From Octopus sinensis (lineage: Eukaryota): a stretch of DNA of 64,000 nt. The notes beneath the pieces are model-generated. The model searched no databases. It saw only the letters and a program-made list of their open reading frames with translations, and was not told the origin of the DNA. Position 1 is the first letter of the stretch. The number at the start of each line of letters is the position of its first letter. The position numbers were made by a program, and so were the translations under genes. This document shows, piece by piece, positions 11,023 to 25,958 of the stretch. The stretch lies in the NCBI RefSeq assembly GCF_006345805.1, contig NC_042998.1:204662001-204726000 (forward strand), given 5' to 3'.

Positions 11023-12469
11023 TTCAAACTGCTGCCTTTTCAATGGACAATAATTCGACAAGATATAAATATATTTATATATTTTTTCTCTCCTTGTTTT
11101 TTCTGCGTCCCTTTCTGTAGGAGGTAGGAGAGCGTAGGCTCGAAACATAAAAGACTTTTTCAATTCCTGAGCGTTATACTAATACATCTGTTTGTTTTGT
11201 ACACCACCTGTCTTCGTCTTTTGTTTTTTTTTGTAAACTCTCCCTATATATATATATATGAATGTGTATATATATATATATATATTTACTTCTTCAGTCG
11301 GTTTACTAGAAGACCTGTCATGTGATCGCTTGACTTGCTGAAACCAACCAACTGCAGTCTGATAGCTTTTAACAGACGACAGAAGACACATCCAGCCAGT
11401 GTAGGTGCCTCCATGTGGTTTCCCAACCTGCTAAAAACAGCAGCCAAATTGCCTTCAAATCACAACCATCTGTCTTTAAAGAAAAGTTATTTTGGGTGAT
11501 GCACACTTTGATGTGTAATTCCAAAAACTGACTGGTTGGTCATATCTGGATTGTCTTCCATCACATATCTATGTAATTAAGATTGAGCTGGGTCTAAACA
11601 TTGTCTGATAAATAATGAACTGCCAGGTCCTTCACTATTTGGAGAATCTGTTAATAAGAATATCCCAAGGTTTCAATTAATTATATGACTAATTAATAAC
11701 CAGTTCGTTAGCTCAAGGTTGACAATTACTCAGGAAATTACTTGTTTCTGAAAATTTATGGAACTACAATTCATTCTGCATGTGACACAGCCACCTCTGT
11801 TGCAGAAGTGTCAAACCAATTCCAGAATCCAAGACATCTCATTCTATGAATGGTAGGCTGTTCAGCATCGCCTGTTCAACATCAACAGTTTGTGTGAAGT
11901 AACATTAGAAGTTGTTGCTATGACAACTACAAATTTAAGTCTTCAGAACCAGTAATAAAATGCAAATAAAATGTGAAATATCCAAGAATAATTAGTCATG
12001 TGACCAATGGATTATTCCATATTGTCTGTGGATATTGTTACTGTGCAAAACAACAGAAGAAGATCGATTATGGAACCCAGAGTTTTGTCGTAATTTTGTT
12101 TGAGTTATAATTGTTTAATGACTTCACCTGACATCATTTGTTGGATCCGGTCAAGCGGAACTCTCATTTGAGCCATTTAAAAACCACACTGCCATCATAT
12201 TGGTTGTAATCCACCACAGAAGCACAACAGTTCTGTGATGTTTTAACAAGGACTCTACTGTTCTTTGCATCTTTTGTTTGTTTCAGTCACTGGACTGTGG
12301 CCATGCTGGAGCAACACCTTTATTTAGCCTGGTACTTATTCTATCAGTCTCTTTCACCAAACTGCTATGTTACAGAAACATAAACATGCTAACATTGGTT
12401 GTCAAATGCTGGTGAGGGACAAACACACACACATGCTGGGCTTCTTTCAGTTTTTGTCTACCAAGCATC

Positions 12470-12700
12470 ATCCGAATGTGATCGATGCCAGGCCCGCCTG
12501 ACTGGCTCCTGTGCCAGTGGCATGTAAAAAGCACCCACTACACTCTTGAGAGTGGTTGGCATTAGGAAGGGCATCCAGCTGTAGAAACACTGCCAGATCA
12601 GATTAGGGCCTGGTGCAGCTGCTGGCTCTTCAGACCTCAGTCAAATCATCCAACAAATGCCAGTATGGAAAATGGATGTTAAACAATGATGATGATGATG
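12470..12700 (+). mobile_element. RTE-tail element
   Basis: ggcatgtaaaaagcacccactacactc...gatgttaaacaatgatgatgatgatg. Confidence 0.85.
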
Positions 12701-13155
12701 AAATTCACTCTCAAGGCTTTGGTCGGTCCGAGGCTATGGAAGAAGACACTTGCCCAAAGTGTCATGCAGTGGGATTGAACCTGGAACCATGTCTGCACCA
12801 ACCACATGGTTCCAGGTTCAGTCCCACTGTGTGGAACCTTGAGCAAGTGTCTTCTTCTATAGCCTCGGACCGACCAAAGCCTTGTGAGTGGATTTGGTAG
12901 ACGGAAACTGAAAGAAGCCTGTCATATATATGTATATGTATATATGTGTTTGTGTGTCTGTGTTTGTCCCCCCAACATCGCTTGACAACTGATGCTGGCA
13001 TGTTTACGTCCCCGTAACTTAGCGGTTCAGCAAAAGAGACCAATAGAATAAGTACTAGGCTTACAAAGAATAAGTCCTGGGGTCAATTTGCTTGACTAAA
13101 GGCAGTGCTCCAACATGGCCACAGTCAAATGACTGAAACAAGTAAAAGAGTAAGA
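12701..13155. mobile_element. tRNA/CORE-like SINE (+, 12798-13155) preceded by an inverted copy of its own 5' part (12701-12792)
   Basis: 92-bp arms around an 11-nt spacer; about 10 mismatches by hand count. Confidence 0.85.
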
Positions 13156-13479
13156 AAGTTAAGATATTGACTTAGTTTCCATTGGACCATTTTGAGATTC
13201 CATCATATTAAGAATGGAATGGAGAATTCTGTGGTATTTCTAGTCTTGTTCTTATTTCTGCTGTTGGCCAATCTGTTAATTGGTGTTCAGTTAGAATAAT
13301 AGACATTGGTGCCATAATTGTTGATTTGCTTAGATTCCTCCAAATTACCAAAATGATCCGGTTCTGCTTTTTTTGTGCTTCACCATTCCACATTCTGAGT
13401 TGAATTCTCACCAATATCAACTTTAACTCTCATTTCTCTTAAGTCAATAATGTTATTTGACTGATTTCAATCAGTTGGC

Positions 13480-14270
13480 TGTGGCCATGCTGGAGCACTG
13501 CCTTCGAATGTTCACTCTTTCAGGACTTCTTTTAGCAATATCATCATCATTTAATGTCCGTTTTCCATGTGCCGGCGTGGGTTGGACAGCTTGACAGGAA
13601 CTGGCGAGGCTGGAGAGCTGCACCAGGCTCCATGTCATGTCTGCTCTGGCCTGGTTTCCATGGCTGGATGCCCTTCCTAACACCAACCTCTTTACACAGT
13701 GTCCTGAGTGATTTTTACGTGGCACCAGCACTGGTGGCACTTTATACATGGCACTGGCACCAGTGGAGTCACAAAGTAACTTGCAAGACAAAGATCTCTT
13801 AGTGGAGAGAGGGAAGTGGTTGTGTGCCAGGTGTGATCGAAGAACTTGGCCACCAAACTAGGAAAAGGAAAGAGAAGGAAGCTTATCAAAGAACTAATAT
13901 ATTTCTCATAAATCTATCTGACTCATTGTACCTTATTCTTCTCTGCTCTACAAATATACACAGGCACCATTCGAGCGTGATCGTTACCTGCGTCGCCTTA
14001 CTGGCACTCGAGCCCCGTTCTTGTAGGGTATTAAGAGCACCATCCGAGTGTGATCGTTGCCAGAGCGGCTATCTAGCCTCCGTGCCGGTGGCACATAAAA
14101 AGCGCCCTCTACACTCACAGAGTGGTTGGCATTAGGAGGGGCATCCAGCTGTAGAAACTCAGCCAGATCAATATTAGAGCCTGGTGCAGCCATCTGGTTC
14201 ACCATTCCTCAGTCAATCATCCAACCCATGCCAGCATGGAAAGTGGACGTTAAACGATGATGACAATGAT
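13480..14270. mobile_element. Two RTE-tail elements in opposite orientation (- at about 13545-13800, + at about 13960-14270)
   Basis: catcatcatttaatgtccgttttccatg (minus tail) and gacgttaaacgatgatgac (plus tail). Confidence 0.8.
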
Positions 14271-14730
14271 ATATGTTTATTAAATCTTTTGAAACCTGTT
14301 CTGAACGGAAACAACAACAATAATATAACAACCACTTAATGATGTGGATTAAAAAATATCTTTAACATATCAATATAAACAAATTACAGAATATCGGAAC
14401 GCCCGGCAAACTGTGACATTTAAGCTGCATGCTGATTAGTTAAAACTGTATTCCAAAAATTCAGCTTGTTGGAGCATTCTAAGAGATATTGCAGTTGTCA
14501 AGAACTCACCTGTTAGGTAAATGCATTTTGGAATTTGATGATTGCCACAAACTTATGAAAGCACGAATTTATGAACATTACAAAATATCTTTTTAAATAT
14601 TGAAATACCATAATAAAAGACGTGAAAACCAGACCATGTTCTAACTTTATTCAACTGATATATTATTCTATACACGTTCACACAAATTCGGTAAAAATAT
14701 ATACACATATATATATATGTATATATATAT

Positions 14731-15198
14731 ATTAGAGGGAAACCACTATGTGGACACCCTTATGCTAGAAATAGATCCGCTATGGTCTTACCACTAAGAA
14801 ATGTTCTCAAGAAAAATTTAGCAAAACAACCAAAACGTAATCGAGCAAGACAAAAGAAAAGCAATGAAAATATGGATTATTCGCAAACATGTTTCACTAT
14901 TAACATATTATGTAATTTTACTTACATAAATGTCCGTAGACCATCGGTGCGACCATCCAGATTTATATAATTTGCAGGACTGCATGCTAGGATGTCCACA
15001 CAAAGTTAGATTTGTAAACAGTTCTACCCATTACACTCATGATTACTATTTCAAATGCCCTCGTTTTGGCATGCTAAATTACCGGAAAAACTGATGCTGC
15101 AGATAATACTCTACTGCAGTGGCCTTTGCCGGTCAGAGAACGTATTAACTTAAATTTAAAATTAAAAAGGGTGTCCACATAATGGTTTCCCTCTAATA
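14731..15198. mobile_element. MITE with about 29-bp TIRs inserted in (TA)n
   Basis: tagagggaaaccactatgtggacaccctt ... aagggtgtccacataatggtttccctcta. Confidence 0.85.
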
Positions 15199-15294
15199 TG
15201 TATATAATACAATTTTACTGAACCTTCATTTTTTTTTATATGCTAGACCACTGCTGTGAAATCAATGTTAATAATAATAATAATAATAATAATT

Positions 15295-15535
15295 GTGTAC
15301 AGTGCTCAGGTGCACTACAACTCATCTAAAGTGTATATATAATCAGGTGTAGTTTCGGCGGATTTCGGAAAGCATGAGGGCCTTAAAGGATGCAGTGTCA
15401 TGGCAGTCAACAACTGACGCAGGCAGTTTATTCCATGCTTCAGCAACTCTGAGCGTGAAAAAATGTTTCCGAAAGTCATGGGAGCTGTGTTGTTTTCTGA
15501 CTTTGTAGGCATGTCCACGTGTGTTGGACACATGG
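15295..15535 (-). mobile_element. CR1-group LINE 3' end fragment (second fragment at about 44786-44905)
   Basis: SNTRGHAYKVRKQHSSHDFRKHFFTLRVAEAWNKLPASVVDCHDTASFKALM matches the CR1/L2 TRGH...FF..RV...WN.LP...FK C-terminal pattern. Confidence 0.85.
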
Positions 15536-15744
15536 AGATCAAAATTAATATCTAATTTCTCATAATTTAAATTATATATATATATATACATACACACATA
15601 CACACACACATATATATATAAACATACACACACACAAACATATATATATATATAATTAATAATATTAGGGTAAGAAAAGATTTTAGAAATTTTTACTCCC
15701 AGTGGCCTAGCATGTAGAAAAATTAGTCAGTAGACTATATATTA

Positions 15745-16770
15745 TTCATATCTTGATATATGAGATCACTATGTTATGCACATATGGTTGTGATGCATGT
15801 GCCCGGTGTACCCTTATCAGACAGGTAGTCATGATGGGTACACTGGGCTTTGCATATTTGTACCCAAGCTTCACTTTGGTGATGTGAGTTCAAATTCTGG
15901 TTCATGGCCAGCAATTGGGGGTGGAGGAAGTTGATCACATCGACCCCCCCAGTGTGCAACTGGTACTTGAGAGAATGAAAGGCAAAGTCGACCTCGGTGA
16001 AATTTGAATTCAGAAGGTGAAGATGGACGAAATGTAAGCATTTTGGCCAGTGTGGTGCTCACAGTTCTGCCAGCTCACCACCTCAACTAATAATGATGAT
16101 AATAATAATAATAATAATAATAATAATCCATTTTATTATAGGCACAAAGCCTGAAATTGTGGCAGAGTGGGATAGTTGATTATATTGACTCCAGTGTGTA
16201 ACTGGTACTTAATTTATCAACCCCAAAAGGATGGAAGGCAAAGTCGACCTCGGTGGAATTTGAACTCAGAACATAGTGACAGGCAAAATACTGCTAAGCA
16301 TTTCATCCAGTGTGCTGATGACTCTGCCAGCTCACTGCCTTAAATAATAATAATAATAATAATAACGATAATGATAATAACAATAATGATAATAATAATA
16401 ATAACGATAATAATAATAATAATAACAATAATAATAATAACAACAACAACAATAATAATAATAATAACAATTATGATAATAATAATAATAATAACGTCCT
16501 TAAATAAACCTTATTCAGGGACCTTTTGAGTGGGATGGGTTACTCGATCTGAAGAAAATTCTAACTGGGCTCCACCTGCAAGGTCATGTGCTGTTTATCT
16601 TGATATGAGATCACCATGTCGCGCACATATGGTTGTGATGCATGTGCCTGGTGTACCCTTATCAGACGGGTAGTCATGATGGGTATACTGGGCTTCGTAT
16701 ATTTTACCCCAGTGTCACTTTGATGGCATGCTCTGCTCGCTCACTCAATAATAATAATAATAATAATAAT
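15745..16770. mobile_element. Stack of retroelements in (AAT)n: AAT-tailed family fragments (15745-15885, 16496-16750) and two minus-strand Meta-like SINEs (15920-16085, 16135-16345)
   Basis: Each unit is separated by AAT tracts (16088-16126, 16344-16495, 16749-16772). Confidence 0.75.
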
Positions 16771-17866
16771 TATTTAGTCTGGTTTCTTATCATTTCTTAT
16801 CATGTGTCGTTGCCTGGCAACCTGTGTCAAGTGCCATCACATCTCAAATGTCAGATTCTTCTCTTCTACCTCAACACTGTCACTAATCCTATTCCAATCT
16901 TTAGACATTTCTTATATTGGCTCTTTGAAGCGTTCCATTCATAAGCAGTGGCCACTATAGCTGTATAAATATTGCTGTATTGTTGTTGTTGTTTTAACTG
17001 GAGGATTAAATTGTTGATAAGCTTACTTCCCAATCACGTGGACTTGGGTTCAGTCCTACTGCATGGCACCTTGACTTAAGGGTCTTCTGCCGTACCCCCA
17101 AGTTGACCAAAGCCCAAAGAGCTGATTTAGTTGATGGAAATTGTGACAGAAGCAAATGGTAGCATTTATCCCCACTAAAAATGGATGTTGTTTTAGAACA
17201 CAGAAAACTGCAGGAGCCACCATGAGAGAACCTTTTGGTGCATATAAGCACTCTCGTTTATATTGTTAGCAGGAGATAATCAGCTACTATTGCTGCTGGG
17301 ACCACCAGATCATGTGATTTCAGCCTTCTTTGCCTTTGTCAGTGGTAGACATCCAAAGCTAGAGATAGCAGTAGTTCGTCCATCAATGATATACATAGAA
17401 TCTTGGTACCTAATCAGGCTCTGGTACTGCAAATAGCACATGGGATTATTAAAGAATAATGGCTACAGAAGCAGTATTAGTACCAAAAGATAATATTTAG
17501 GCTGTTAAAGCCCTTTGTATGTGTGTTTGCATGGACCCTTGTGTTGACATCCCATGATTGTTGTAAAAGAGCATCCCCGTCATACAAGTGGGGTTGTCCA
17601 TTCCCAGTCTTCTGTGAAAAACGTGTCTGGCCATGGGGAAATATTACCCTGTTTGGAAGTAGGGTTGGCAACAGGTAGAGCATCCAGTTGTAGACAAATC
17701 TGTCACAACAAATTCCCTATGACCCCTACAAGAATGGAAAGAAAGTGGACATTAAAATCTTTCAACTGTAGTGTTGTTGTTGTTATTGTTGTTGTTGTTA
17801 AGATTAAATTGTTTTTATTTTTTGTTTTTGTTCTTCAGATTCATTTGAAAGAGAGAATTAGTCACC

Positions 17867-18035
17867 ATGAATGACCCACCTCCTCCATATCCCGGTGCAC
17901 CTGGAGCTTCCTATCCTCTTCCTGAAAAGAGTGGCATTCAACCATCAGCCCCAGGAGCATACTATCCAGCCGCTCCTTACCCCACGGCACCTGATATGCA
18001 ACCCCCACCCCCACAACCAATGATGCACCCACAAG
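17867..18035 (+). CDS. LITAF: LITAF-domain gene, first coding exon (exon starts 17839 with 28 nt of 5'UTR); proline-rich N-terminus with PPPY, PSAP and PTAP motifs
   Basis: Acceptor ttgttcttcag at 17838, ATG in the context gtcaccATG, peptide MNDPPPPYPGAPGASYPLPEKSGIQPSAPGAYYPAAPYPTAPDMQPPPPQPMMHPQ, donor G|gtaagt at 18036 (phase 1). The symbol denotes the LITAF/CDIP1 family; orthology was not tested. Confidence 0.9.
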
Positions 18036-18246
18036 GTAAGTCAAACTCTCAGCTTTTCTGAGCTGTGAAGGGAAGGCCCTAATGTCTACACGCTGCACTT
18101 ATTGTGCCCTGCTTTTGCTCAAATCACTTAATCACCCATTGATGGATATTTGATCTCACTTTACTCTTTATATTCCACTGCTACAACATGGGGTGGGGCA
18201 TAAATATTCATTCCTTGCCTATAAGTCTGTATCACTGTGTGTGTGT

Positions 18247-18279
<33 letters not shown>

Positions 18280-18449
18280 ATGGTGAGACCATCTAAAGAC
18301 ACCTCTGCTGCCATTCTACCATTTCAAACCTCAATGCTGCTAATGGTTCCAGGTTCCAACCCACTTCTTGGCCAAGTGATTTCTACTTTCACTCTGGGCC
18401 ATCCAAGACTTCATCAGTGACAATTAGTTGATTGAAATTACATTGAACA

Positions 18450-18480
<31 letters not shown>

Positions 18481-18799
18481 CAGATATATTTGTGGGCGTG
18501 TGGTAAGAAATTTGGCTTCCAGCCACATGGTTCTGGTTCAGTCCCACTGTGTGACACCTTGCACAAGTGTTTTCTATAGCCACAGACTAACCACAGCTTT
18601 GTGTGTGGATTTGGTAGATGGAAACTAAAAGAAGCCTCTCATACATTTGTGTGTTTGTGTTTGTCCCCCACCAGTGCTTGACAACCAGTGTTGGTGTGTT
18701 TACATCCCTGTAACTTAGCAGTTTGGCAAAAGAGACCAATAGAATAAGTACTGGGATTGATTTGTTTGACTATAAAACTTCAGGGTGGTGCCCCAGCCT

Positions 18800-19060
18800 G
18801 GCCACAGTCTGATGACAAGTGAAAGATTAAATGTGTGTGTGTGTTACTGTGTCCTTGGCTTGACATCAAAACAGTCTTTGCTTCCCAATCTTTTGTGAAA
18901 GTATGTCTGATTGAGGGTGGGGGGGGCAGAATATTACCTTTATTAGAAACAGGTGGAGGTTGGTGACAGGAAGAGCATCCAGCTAGATTCATCTCAACAG
19001 ATTTTGTGCCACCCATACATGTGGCACATGTGGGAAAGTGAATGTTGAACAGCAGTGATG
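18800..19060 (+). mobile_element. Degenerate older RTE-tail-type element
   Basis: ggttggtgacaggaagagcatccagct...gaaagtgaatgttgaacagcagtgatg; related copies at 17540-17760, 35900-36140, 38160-38380, 51940-52080. Confidence 0.6.
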
Positions 19061-19067
19061 GGTTTAT

Positions 19068-22000
19068 ACACACACACACACATGCACATCCTCACACACA
19101 CACACACATCCTCACACACACACGCACATCCTCACTCACACACACGCACATCCTCACACACACACATTCACATCCTCACACACACACGCACATCCTCACA
19201 CACACACGCACATCCTCACACACACATGCACATCCTCACACACACACGCACATCCTCACTCACACACACGCACATCCTCACTCACACACCCACACACACG
19301 CACATCCTCACTCACACACATTCACATCCTCACCACACACACACACACACATCCTCACATCACACCACACGCACATCACTCACACCACACATCCTCACAC
19401 CCACACCACACACTCACACACACACCATCCTCCTCACTCACACACACCACACACCTCACACACACACACACATTCACACACACACACACACCTCACTCAC
19501 ACACACGCCACATCCTCACCACACACATTCACATCCTCACACACACACATCACATCCTCACACACACACACGCACATCCTCACTCACACACACACACACA
19601 CATCCTCACACACACACATTCACATCCTCACACACACACGCACATCCTCACTCACACACATTCACATCCTCACTCACACACATTCACATCCTCACACACA
19701 CACGCACATCCTCACACACACACACGCACATCCTCACACACACACATTCACATCCTCACTCACACACACGCACATCCTCACTCACACACATTCACATCCT
19801 CACTCACACACATTCACATCCTCACACACCACACATTCACATCCTCACACACACACACGCACATACTCACACACACCACATGCACATCCTCACACACATG
19901 CACATCCTCACACACACACGCACATCCTCACACACACCCGCACATCCTCACACACACACACGCACATCCTCACACACACACGCACATCCTCACCACACAC
20001 ACGCACATCCTCACACACACGCACATCCTCACACACACACACGCACATCCTCACACACAACATTCACATCCTCACACACACACATTCACATCCTCACACA
20101 CACACGCACATCCTCACACACACACATTCACATCCTCACACACCAACACATCACATCCTCACACACATTCACATCCTCACACACACACGCACATCCTCAC
20201 AACACACATGCACATCCTCACACACAACATTCACATCCTCACACACACACATTCACATCCTCACACACACACGCACATCCTCACACACACACATGCACAT
20301 CCTCACACACATGCACATCCTCACACACACACGCACATCCTCACACACACGCACATCCTCACACACACACACGCACATCCTCACACACACACGCACATCC
20401 TCACACACACACACGCACATCCTCACTCACACACACGCACATCCTCACACACACACATGCACATCCTCACACACACGCACATCCTCACTCACACACATTC
20501 ACATCCTCACACACACACATTCACATCCTCACACACACACACGCACATCCTCACACACACACATTCACATCCCCACTCACACACACGCACATCCTCACTC
20601 ACACACATTCACATCCTCACTCACACACATTCACATCCTCACTCACACACATTCACATCCTCACACACACACACGCACATCCTCACACACACACACGCAC
20701 ATCCTCACACACACACATTCACATCCTCACTCACACACACGCACATCCTCACTCACACACATTCACATCCTCACTCACACACATTCACATCCTCACACAC
20801 ACACATTCACATCCTCACACACACACACGCACATCCTCACACACACACACGCACATCCTCACACACACACATGCACATCCTCACACACACACATGCACAT
20901 CCTCACACACACACACGCACATCCTCACACACACACACACGCACATCCTCACACACACACACGCACATCCTCACACACACATTCACATCCTCACTCACAC
21001 ACACGCACATCCTCACTCACACACATTCACATCCTCACACACACACATTCACATCCTCACACACACACACGCACATCCTCACACACACACACGCACATCC
21101 TCACACACACACATTCACATCCTCACTCACACACACGCACATCCTCACTCACACACATTCACATCCTCACTCACACACATTCACATCCTCACACACACAC
21201 ATTCACATCCTCACACACACACACGCACATACTCACACACACACATGCACATCCTCACACACATGCACATCCTCACACACACACGCACATCCTCACACAC
21301 ACGCACATCCTCACACACACACACGCACATCCTCACACACACACGCACATCCTCACACACACACGCACATCCTCACACACACACGCACATCCTCACACAC
21401 ACACACGCACATCCTCACACACACACATTCACATCCTCACACACACACATTCACATCCTCACACACACACGCACATCCTCACACACACACATTCACATCC
21501 TCACACACACACATTCACATCCTCACACACATTCACATCCTCACACACACACGCACATCCTCACACACACACATTCACATCCTCACACACACACATTCAC
21601 ATCCTCACACACACACATGCACATCCTCACACACACACATGCACATCCTCACACACACACGCACATCACAACAACACGCACATCCTCACACTCACACATT
21701 CATCCTCACACACACACATCACATCCTCACACACACGCACATCCTCACACACACATGCACATCCTCACACTCACACATTCACATCCTCACACACGCACAT
21801 CCTCACACACATTCACATCCTCACCACACATTCACATCCTCACACACACACGCACATCCTCACACACACACATTCACATCCTCACACACACACATTCACA
21901 TCCTCCACACACACATGCACATCCTCACACACACACATGCACATCCTCACACACACACGCACATCCTCACAGACATACGCACATCCTCACACTCACACAT

Positions 22001-25000
22001 TCACATCCTCAACACACACACATTCAACTCCTCACACCACGCACATCCTCACACACACACATTCACATCCTCACACTCACACATTCACATCCTCACAACA
22101 CGCACATCCTCACACACACATGCACATCCTCACACACACACGCACATCCTCACACACACACGCACATCCTCACACACACACATTCACATCCTCACACACA
22201 CACATTCACATCCTCACACACACACATTTCAATCCTCACACACACATTCACATCCTCCACACACATTCACATCCTCCACACACACATCATATCCTCACAC
22301 ACACACATTCACATCCTCACACTCACACATTCATATCCTCACACACACACATTCACATCCTCACACACATATTCACATCCTCACACTCACACATTCATAT
22401 CCTCACACACACGCACATCCTCACACACACATGCACATCCTCACACACACACGCACATCCTCACACACACACGCACATCCTCACACACACACATTCACAT
22501 CCTCACACACACACATTCACATCCTCACCACTCACACATTCATAATCCTCACACACACACATTCACATCTCACACACATTCACATCCTCACATCTCACAC
22601 TCACACATCACATCCTCACACACACGCACATCCTCACACACACATGCACATCCTCACACACACCACGCACATCCCACACACCACACGCACATCCTCACAC
22701 ACACACATTCACATCCTCACACACACACATTCACATCCTCACACACACACATTCACATCCTCACACACACATTCACATCCTCACACACACACATTCACAT
22801 CCTCACACACACACGCCACACCTCACACACACACATTCACATCCTCACACACACACATTCACATCCTCACACACACACATGCACATCCTCACACACACAT
22901 GCACATCCTCACACCAACCCGCACATCCTCACAGACATACGCACATCCTCACACTCACACATTACAACCCACAATCCTCACACACACACACATTCACATC
23001 CTCACACACACGCACATCCTCACACACACATGCACATCCTCACACACACACGCCACATCCTCACACACACACGCACATCCTCACACACACACATTCACAT
23101 CCTCACACACACACCATTCACATCCTCACACACACACATTCACATCCTCACAACACATTCACATCCGCCACACACACACATTCACATCCTCACACCAACA
23201 CATTCATATCCTCACACACACACATTCACATCCTCACACTCACACATTCATATCCTCACACACACACATTCACATCCTCACACACACATATTCACATCCT
23301 CACACTCACACATTCATATCCTCACACACAACGCACATCCTCACACACACATGCACATCCTCACACACACACGCACATCCTCACACACACGCACATCCTC
23401 ACACACACACATTCACATCCTCACACACACACATTCACATCCTCACACTCACACATTCATATCCTCACACACACACATTCACATCCTCACACACACACAT
23501 TCACATCCTCACACTCACACATTCACATCCTCACACACACGCACATCCTCACACACACATGCACATCCTCACACACACACGCACATCCTCACACACACAC
23601 GCACATCCTCACACACACACATTCACATCCTCACACACACACATTCACATCCTCACACACACACATTCACATCCTCACACACACATTCACATCCTCACAC
23701 ACACACATTCACATCCTCACACACACACATTCATATCCTCACACACACACATTCACATCCTCACACACACACATTCATATCCTCACACACACACATTCAC
23801 ATCCTCACACACACACATTCACATCCTCACACTCACACATTCATATCCTCACACACACACATTCATATCCTCACACACATTCACATCCTCACACACACAC
23901 ATTCACATCCTCACACACACACATTCATATCCTCACACACACGCACATCCTCACACACACACATGCACATCCTCATACTCACACATTCACATCCTCACAC
24001 ACATGCACATCCTCACATACACACGCACATCCTCACACACACACACGCACATCCTCACACACACACGCACATCCTCACACAACACACATGCACATCCTCA
24101 TACACACACACGCACATCCTCACTCACACACACGCACATCCTCACACACACACGCACATCCTCACACTCACACATTCATATCCTCACACACACACATTCA
24201 TATCCTCACACACATTCACATCCTCACACACACACATTCACATCCTCACACTCACACATTCACATCCTCACACACATGCACATCCTCACACACACACGCA
24301 CATCCTCACACACACACATGCACATCCTCACACACACACATTCATATCCTCACACACACACATGCACATCCTCACACACACACGCACATCCTCACACACA
24401 CACACGCACATCCTCACACACACACACGCACATCCTCACACACACACATTCATATCCTCACACACACATTCACATCCTCATACACACACGCACATCCTCA
24501 CACACACGCACATCCTCACACACACACATTCACACCCTCACACACACACATTCACATCCTCACACACACACATTCACATCCTCACACACACGCATGCACA
24601 TCCTCACACACACACACGCACATCCTCACACACACACATTCACATCCTCACACACACACATTCACATCCTCACACACACACATTCACATCCTCACACACA
24701 CACATTCACATCCTCACACACACACATTCACATCCTCACACACACGCATGCACATCCTCACACACACACATTCACATCCTCACACACACACATTCACATC
24801 CTCACACACACACACACACATCCTCACACTCACACATTCACATCCTCACACACACACATTCACATCCTCACACACACACACACACATCCTCACACTCACA
24901 CATTCACATCCTCACACACACACATTCACATCCTCACACACACACATTCACATCCTCACACACACAGACACACATCCTCACACTCACACATGCACATCCT

Positions 25001-25398
25001 CACACACACACGCACATCCTCACACACACACATCCTCACACACACACACGCACATCCTCACACACACACCATTCACATCCTCACACACACACCATTCACA
25101 TCCTCACACACACACACACACACATCCTCACACTCACACATGCACATCCTCACACACACACACATTCACATCCTCACACACACACATCCTCACACACACC
25201 ATTCACATCCTCACACACACACCATTCACATCCTCACACACACATTCACATCCTCACACACACACATTCACATCCTCACACACACACACACACATCCTCA
25301 CACTCACACATGCACATCCTCACACACACACGCACATCCTCACACACACACATCCTCACACACACACACGCACATCCTCACACACTCACACACACATC
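19068..25398. repeat. 6.3-kb CA-rich satellite with unit (CG/TT/TG)CACATCCT(CA)n, about 20-24 bp, in LITAF intron 1
   Basis: Direct reading; variants CATATCCT (distal) and CCTCACTCA (proximal). Confidence 0.97.
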
Positions 25399-25600
25399 TT
25401 TAACATCCACGTTCCATGCTGGCATGGGTTGGACAGTTTGACTGAATCCAATGTGTCCAAGAACTACATCCTGCTCCACTGTCCACTTTGGAATGGTTTC
25501 TACAGGTGGCCATCCTTCCTAATGCCAACCCATTTGCATTGTGTGTTGGGTGCTTTCTTCCGTGGCACCAACACTGACCGAGCAGCTTGCAAGACAATGA
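25399..25600 (-). mobile_element. RTE-tail element whose tail runs into the satellite
   Basis: tttaacatccacgttccatgctggcatgggttgg...catccttcctaatgccaacc. Confidence 0.8.
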
Positions 25601-25958
25601 ATTGTGAGTGAGGAGTTTTGTGTTCAGAGATGAGGGGGTTAAAGTTCGAGAGAAGGGACCAGAAGAGGAAAAGGTCCGGTGCTGAAGAAGAGCTACATGG
25701 GTGGTGGGGTGATTGGGGAGGTGGAGCTGAAAAGAGATAGAAATAGGGATGAGGTGTGAGGGTGGACCTTCAAGGTGTTGCGTGAGTAAAAGGAGTGGGG
25801 ACAGTGTGTGGGTGGGTAGAGGTTGCATGGGAGAAAGGGTGTGGGGGTGTGACGAAGGAGAGAGAATTTAGTGGCTCAGCAGGGGGATCAATGTCAGATG
25901 CAAATAGAACAGACAGCATGAGATAGAAGGATAGATACACACACACACATATTATATC

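Noticed and set aside
14390-14525. Candidate non-coding first exon or promoter of LITAF (CpG patch, tgttag|gtaaat donor)
   Set aside because: An upstream exon must exist because the ATG exon has an acceptor, but nothing here singles out this site.
19042-25611. ORFs of 910-2128 aa rich in His/Thr
   Set aside because: The CA-rich strand of the satellite cannot form stop codons; all three frames are open and it lies in a LITAF intron.
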